The notes under the pieces were generated by a model, which saw only the letters and a list, made by a program, of their open reading frames with translations, was not told the origin of the DNA and made no database searches. This document shows, piece after piece, positions 59,611 through 64,000 of a stretch of 64,000 bases of DNA; the first letter of the stretch is position 1; every line of letters begins with the position of its first letter. The position numbers were made by a program, and so were the translations under genes. Source of the DNA: an uncultured Clostridiaceae bacterium (lineage in GTDB: Bacteria; Bacillota; Clostridia; Peptostreptococcales; Natronincolaceae); contig CAYMGQ010000001.1 in the NCBI GenBank assembly GCA_964390055.1, positions 8,459 through 72,458 on the forward strand. Direction: 5' to 3'.

Positions 59611-59779
59611 ACCTTCCTCCTCCTATTTATGTTGCAAATTTATCCTATTTTACTAATTTTATTATATACTAGGTCTGTTAGAATTTAATTACAAATGTAT
59701 TACATTTATATTAATAAAAATCCTGCCTCCTATGGCTTCTTCTCCAATGTATTGGGAAGCTTCTTATAAGATAATAAGG

Positions 59780-59803
59780 GAGTAGGAATAACCCTTCCTA
59801 CTC
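59780..59803 (-). terminator. Hairpin overlapping the PrcB stop codon (possible terminator)
   Basis: GAGTAGGAA-n6-TTCCTACTC, a 9-bp stem. The downstream sequence is only moderately U-rich. Confidence 0.4.
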
Positions 59804-60280
59804 ATTATTATAATTTACCTTCAATTCAATTTTTCTAGGTAGGTCCTTTAAACTTGTTCTTGCCACAATATATGGGTATGTAATTGCCTGGGTAACTAAG
59901 TCATCATCTTTGGGATCCTTAAATAAAGCATGGACTATTATCTTTTCCTCCCTATTTTCCTTTAATACTTGGATTTTTTCAATTTCTATATCGTAGCCTC
60001 CAGATAGTTTTTCACCCCTTGTTACAATAACATAGATATCCTCATCTACTTTTGCAGCCAAGGCCCTTTCTAACATTTTATATCTAGGAAGTATCTCCTG
60101 TATCTTATCAGGTATTTGCCTTGCTTCTAGCACTTCATAGCCCACCTTCTTATCACCCCTTGATAAAAAATTAGGTGCACATTTTATCACCGTTGCTAAT
60201 ATAAAAATAATTATGATAATAGCTATAAAAGATTTCCATTTTATTTTAGGTAACTTGGGTATATTAAACTTACTTTTCAT
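59798..60280 (-). CDS. PrcB-family (protease complex subunit PrcB C-terminal domain) membrane-anchored protein
   Basis: About 160 aa with an N-terminal TM helix and a GEKLSGGYDIEIEKI motif that resembles the PrcB_C domain. I prefer the start at ATG 60280 (GGGGGG 7 nt upstream). Confidence 0.6.
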   Translation of the reverse strand: MKSKFNIPKLPKIKWKSFIAIIIIIFILATVIKCAPNFLSRGDKKVGYEVLEARQIPDKIQEILPRYKMLERALAAKVDEDIYVIVTRGEKLSGGYDIEIEKIQVLKENREEKIIVHALFKDPKDDDLVTQAITYPYIVARTSLKDLPRKIELKVNYNNE

Positions 60281-60384
60281 ACTTTTACCCCCCATTATTT
60301 AATACCACCATAAAAGGTAGTCTATATAACTATATGTATTCAGTTAAAATAGTTTTATTCAGTGGTACAAGTTCAAAAGGGAGT

Positions 60385-60413
60385 ATAAAAAGGCAGGGAC
60401 AAATATCCCTGCC
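60385..60413 (-). terminator. Rho-independent terminator after the transketolase genes
   Basis: GGCAGGGA-n6-TCCCTGCC, an 8-bp GC-rich stem followed by UUUUUAU on the minus strand. Confidence 0.75.
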
Positions 60414-60418
60414 GGCTA

Positions 60419-61363
60419 CTAATCTTTTCTAGCTATTACTCTTTTAATGGCCTTTACTATATCATCTTTGGTTAAAGCATATTTTTTGAGCAATTCATCA
60501 GGCTTTCCTGATTCCCCAAAGGTGTCCCTAACTCCTAGCCTTTCCATTGGGACTGGCTGATTTTCTACCAACACTTCTGCTACAGCTGCACCTAGGCCTC
60601 CTATTATACTATGCTCTTCCGCTGTTACAATTGCTCCTGTCTCCTTAGCTGCCCTTACAATCAATTCCTTATCTATAGGTTTGATTGTGTGGATGTTAAT
60701 TACTCCAACCGATAATCCCTCTTTTTTCAGGATATCTCTTGCTTCCAATGCCTCCTTTACCATAATTCCACTAGCAATAATGGTGGCATGAGACCCCTGC
60801 GCCAAGGTTACACCCTTTCCCAGTTCAAATTTATAGTCAGTGTCATTGTTGATAATTGGAACCCCCGACCTCCCTAGTCTTACATAGGCTGGCCCCTCCA
60901 TATCAACTATTGTATGTATCATTTCCCTTGTTTCAATGGCATCAGAGGGGACTAAAACAGTCATATCTGGTATTGCCCTCATACATGCAATATCTTCTAA
61001 TGCCTGATGAGAGGCCCCATCCTCTCCCACGGTAATACCTGCATGGGTTGCACAAATTTTGACATTTAAACCAGTATAGCCTATGGAGTTTCTTACTATC
61101 TCAAAGGCCCTGCCCGTGGCAAACATTGCAAAGGTACTAACAAAGGGTATTTTCCCAGTAGTAGCTAGACCCGCAGCCACCCCCATCATATTTTGTTCAG
61201 ATATTCCCATATTAAAGAATCTTTTTGGGAACTCCTTGGCAAAACCTATGGTTTTTGTTGACTTTGATAGGTCTGCATCCAGGACAAGGACTTGGGGATT
61301 TACCCTTCCTAATTCTATCAGGGCTTTTCCATAAGCATCCCTTGTAGCAATTTTCTTAGTCAC
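60419..61363 (-). CDS. Transketolase, C-terminal (pyrimidine-binding) subunit
   Basis: ATRDAYGKALIELG at the N-terminus, typical of split transketolase subunit B. I prefer the GTG start at 61363 (GGAGG 8 nt upstream). The track start is 61372. Confidence 0.9.
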   Translation of the reverse strand: MTKKIATRDAYGKALIELGRVNPQVLVLDADLSKSTKTIGFAKEFPKRFFNMGISEQNMMGVAAGLATTGKIPFVSTFAMFATGRAFEIVRNSIGYTGLNVKICATHAGITVGEDGASHQALEDIACMRAIPDMTVLVPSDAIETREMIHTIVDMEGPAYVRLGRSGVPIINNDTDYKFELGKGVTLAQGSHATIIASGIMVKEALEARDILKKEGLSVGVINIHTIKPIDKELIVRAAKETGAIVTAEEHSIIGGLGAAVAEVLVENQPVPMERLGVRDTFGESGKPDELLKKYALTKDDIVKAIKRVIARKD

Positions 61364-62186
61364 AATTCCCACCTCCCAGTTCTGTTAATGCCTGCAGAGC
61401 TTGCTCCTTGTTTGGGGCATTTCCATGCCAGTCTACCTGGTTTTCCATAAAGGAAACTCCTTTGCCTTTAATGGTATTGGCTATAATCATGCTTGGCCTT
61501 TGCTTAATTTGTCTGGCCTCATCAAAGGCCCCAATAATCTCCTCTAGGGAATGACCATCTATCTCTATTAGGTGCCAACCAAAGGCTTTAAATTTATCCA
61601 CCACTGGGTATACTTCCATCACCTCATGGTTGGGTCCATCTATTTGAAGCCTGTTATAGTCCAATATTCCTACAAGATTGTCTAATTTATAATGGGCTGC
61701 AGCCATAGCTGCCTCCCAGACAATTCCCTCCTGGATTTCACCATCACCTAAAAGGGCATATACCCTATAGTCCTTTTTGTCAATCTTTCCTGCCAAGGCC
61801 ATCCCACAGGCTGCTGAAAATCCTTGTCCTAGGGACCCTGTAGACATTTCCACTCCCGCCACCTTGTTCATATCTGGGTGTCCTTGGAGTATGGACCCCA
61901 TTTTCCTAAGGCTTTTTAACTCATCCTTTGGAAAGAAGCCCTTCTCCGCCAGGCTGGCATATAAAACCGGAGCGGCATGCCCCTTGGATAGGACAAATCT
62001 ATCCCTATCCTCCCATTTTGGGTTATCAATATCCACTTTCATTTCATTGAAATATAGTACCGATAAAATATCTGCAGCCGATAGGGAGCCACCTGGATGC
62101 CCTGACCCGGCTTGATACAACATTTCTATAATGTGTTTGCGTATTCTTGTCGCCTTTTCTGCTAGTAATTTCAAATCGACCTTCAT
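61356..62186 (-). CDS. Transketolase, N-terminal (TPP-binding) subunit
   Basis: GSGHPGGSLS and GDGEIQEG TPP motifs. I prefer the start at ATG 62184..62186 (AGGAGG 6 nt upstream), 11 nt after the YitT stop. Confidence 0.9.
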   Translation of the reverse strand: MKVDLKLLAEKATRIRKHIIEMLYQAGSGHPGGSLSAADILSVLYFNEMKVDIDNPKWEDRDRFVLSKGHAAPVLYASLAEKGFFPKDELKSLRKMGSILQGHPDMNKVAGVEMSTGSLGQGFSAACGMALAGKIDKKDYRVYALLGDGEIQEGIVWEAAMAAAHYKLDNLVGILDYNRLQIDGPNHEVMEVYPVVDKFKAFGWHLIEIDGHSLEEIIGAFDEARQIKQRPSMIIANTIKGKGVSFMENQVDWHGNAPNKEQALQALTELGGGNCD

Positions 62187-62196
62187 CCTTCTCCTC

Positions 62197-63078
62197 CTAT
62201 CCCTTTGTTTTTCCAAAACCTTCACCCACCACTTCCTGGATTGTGCTCACCATTATAAAGGCTCTTTCGTCAATTTCATGGACAATTTTCTTTAATTTTA
62301 TAACCTGGGTCCGGTTGACTACGCATAACAAGACATTTCTCTTGTTTCCCGTATATAAACCCCGGCCCTCTAATACTGTTACACCCCTCCCAATTTCCTC
62401 CATTATCCTATAGCCTATAGCCTCTGATTTTTCAGAGATTATGTAGAAACTCTTGGCATAATTCAGCCCCTCTACTATAAAATCTGCCAGCTTAACAGCA
62501 ATATAAAGGGCTATTATTGAGTATAAGGAAATTTCTATGTTTTTTTCCACCAGTCCGGCTATAACTACTATAATCAAATCAAGGGCCATCATTAGTTTTG
62601 CGGTACTTATATGGGGAAAATATTTGTTTAAAATAGCCCCTGCCAAATCTGTGCCCCCAGTTGTCCCATCAAGCCTAAAAATCATTCCCAGGCTTACCCC
62701 AAAGAGAACCCCCCCATATATAGATGCTAGTAGTAGGTCTTGGGTGATCATAGCATTGTCACCAAAAATAATTATAAATAGGCGAATAAAGCCAGAAAGG
62801 GCAAAAATAGCGAAGGCAGTTTTTGCCCCAAAGGTCCTGCCCAAAATCATTAGTCCTAGGATAAATAGGGGTATATTTATGGCAAGGTTGGTAATATCTA
62901 TGGGGATACCTATTAACTCCTCTAGGATAATGGCAAACCCTGTTACTCCGCCAGGGGCAATCATATTTGGTTTAAGAAAAAAATTCAAACTAATAGCCAT
63001 TAAGGCACAACCCAATGTAATTCCTATGTATTCAACAATAATTTTATAATTTATCCTACCCAATGGTATTTCCTCCAA
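62197..63078 (-). CDS. YitT-family membrane protein (with C-terminal DUF2179)
   Basis: 293 aa with five or six TM helices, a DGTTGGTDL motif, and a soluble C-terminal domain of about 80 aa. Confidence 0.8.
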   Translation of the reverse strand: MEEIPLGRINYKIIVEYIGITLGCALMAISLNFFLKPNMIAPGGVTGFAIILEELIGIPIDITNLAINIPLFILGLMILGRTFGAKTAFAIFALSGFIRLFIIIFGDNAMITQDLLLASIYGGVLFGVSLGMIFRLDGTTGGTDLAGAILNKYFPHISTAKLMMALDLIIVVIAGLVEKNIEISLYSIIALYIAVKLADFIVEGLNYAKSFYIISEKSEAIGYRIMEEIGRGVTVLEGRGLYTGNKRNVLLCVVNRTQVIKLKKIVHEIDERAFIMVSTIQEVVGEGFGKTKG

Positions 63079-63087
63079 ACTAATATC

Positions 63088-63810
63088 TTATTCCCTTATA
63101 ATTACTTGAATTAAAAACTTTGGCAAAAGCAACATTCTGCCAATACGCCAGGGTTCCTTTATCAATCTGTAAAACCATTCTAGGCCAAGTTTTTGAAAAA
63201 CTTTCGGTGCCCTTTTGACCTGGCCAGAGTAAATATCGACGCTTCCTCCTACACCCATGGCCAGCCTGCAATTCAACTTATCCCTATGCTGGTGGATCCA
63301 TTTCTCCTGTTTGGGTGCGCCAAGACATACAAAAAGTATATCGGCCCCTTTGCTATTTATGTAATTCAATAGCTCAGCCTCTTCATCCTCCTGGTAATAG
63401 CCATGTTTAAAGCCAGCAATTTTAATGCCCGGATATTTTACCTCAATATTTTGGCAGGCCTTTTCTGCCCGGCCAGGTTTACCTCCTAATATAAAGATAG
63501 ATTTTTCCTTTTTACCACAATAATCTAATAGGGTGGCCATAGTATCTATACCAGTAATTCTTTCCTTGAGGCCTAAACCCTTTAATTTAGATGCTATTAT
63601 CAGCCCTATCCCGTCAGGCAAGACTAGGTCGGCATCTTCAATAGCCCTCTTTAATCCCATATCCTCCTGGGCTAACATTACGATTTCAGGATTGGGGGTA
63701 AACACCGTGTGTATACTAGGGCTATCTAAAAATAGTTTTAATTTCTCCATAGCCTTTTGTCTAGAAATTGAATCTATGGGAATTCCTAAGATTCTTATTT
63801 GCCTCCTCAT
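63088..63810 (-). CDS. tagA: WecB/TagA/CpsF-family glycosyltransferase
   Basis: 240 aa with FTPNPEIVM, LPDGIGL and CLGAPKQEKW motifs of the TagA family. Confidence 0.85.
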   Translation of the reverse strand: MRRQIRILGIPIDSISRQKAMEKLKLFLDSPSIHTVFTPNPEIVMLAQEDMGLKRAIEDADLVLPDGIGLIIASKLKGLGLKERITGIDTMATLLDYCGKKEKSIFILGGKPGRAEKACQNIEVKYPGIKIAGFKHGYYQEDEEAELLNYINSKGADILFVCLGAPKQEKWIHQHRDKLNCRLAMGVGGSVDIYSGQVKRAPKVFQKLGLEWFYRLIKEPWRIGRMLLLPKFLIQVIIRE

Positions 63811-64000
63811 TCTCCTACTCCTTCATATATTAAATCTCTAAAAATATCCATATTAGTTTCTAGTCTTTTATCTAAGGACTCTTTAGATTTTTTCAATATC
63901 CTAACATATTCCTCTCTATTTCTAAGCATATCCTCTATAATTTGCCACATATTTGTGAAGTCTAAACCCTCAATGGGTCCGGCGTTCTTTTGATTAACTA
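63807..64000 (-). CDS. Partial CDS (C-terminal 64 codons) of unknown function, running off the right edge
   Basis: Hand translation gives ...VNQKNAGPIEGLDFTNMWQIIEDMLRNREEYVRILKKSKESLDKRLETNMDIFRDLIYEGVGE*. Its TGA overlaps the tagA ATG (ATGA). I could not assign a family. Confidence 0.5.
   Translation of the reverse strand, partial: VNQKNAGPIEGLDFTNMWQIIEDMLRNREEYVRILKKSKESLDKRLETNMDIFRDLIYEGVGE

Noticed and set aside
59692-59706. The 15-bp perfect palindrome AAATGTA-n-TACATTT upstream of the glycosidase gene, considered as a possible operator.
   Set aside because: Short AT-only palindromes are expected by chance in a gap with about 25 percent GC. No cognate regulator gene is adjacent and no second copy is seen in the window.
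1-64000. A search by eye for CRISPR repeats, tandem repeats, IS/transposase or integrase genes, tRNA/rRNA genes, toxin-antitoxin pairs and known defence-system genes.
   Set aside because: None were found. All ORFs over 100 aa are accounted for by housekeeping, metabolic or envelope functions, and the intergenic regions contain only promoters, hairpins and terminators. The two HycB-like genes are diverged paralogues, not a repeat element.

Overview
This is a low-GC Firmicutes/Clostridia-type chromosomal segment, tightly packed with about 52 protein genes. All but two of them (5-formyl-THF cyclo-ligase and a VanY-type peptidase) are on the minus strand. I saw no rRNA, tRNA, CRISPR array, transposase, integrase or phage genes.

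Gene content from left to right:
- dnaE 5' part, running off the left edge.
- A seven-gene soluble formate dehydrogenase/[FeFe]-hydrogenase cluster (small ferredoxin, hycB-like, hydA, hycB-like, selenocysteine fdhF, fdhD, mobA) that resembles a hydrogen-dependent CO2 reductase.
- A BMP-family (nucleoside-type) ABC importer followed by an Lpd-like flavoprotein that lacks the redox cysteines.
- fhs and fchA, then an HD-GYP protein.
- The conserved murB-rapZ-yvcK-whiA block.
- moaA, and a NuoE/HndB/NuoF-like flavin module with no catalytic partner next to it.
- hprK and uvrBAC.
- ftsEX, an M23 peptidase and a Ctp protease.
- A CzrA-like ArsR repressor with a P1B-type ATPase.
- YibE/F, and a frameshifted membrane-sensor PP2C phosphatase.
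- A two-component system and a Lon-like protease.
- An FmdE protein with a FecBCD-type ABC importer behind a structured leader.
- A large secreted phosphodiester glycosidase, PrcB, a split transketolase, YitT, TagA, and a partial ORF at the right edge.

The points most worth follow-up:
- The HDCR-like cluster, including its UGA/SECIS recoding site and an FdhD without the usual CxxC cysteine pair.
- The cysteine-less Lpd homologue fused to a nucleoside transporter operon.
- The orphan NuoEF-type module.
- The T6/A6 frameshift that splits a sensor phosphatase.
- The terminator/antiterminator-like leader upstream of the FmdE-ABC operon.

All functional calls come from reading motifs in the supplied translations and from my own hand translation. 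No database search was run.
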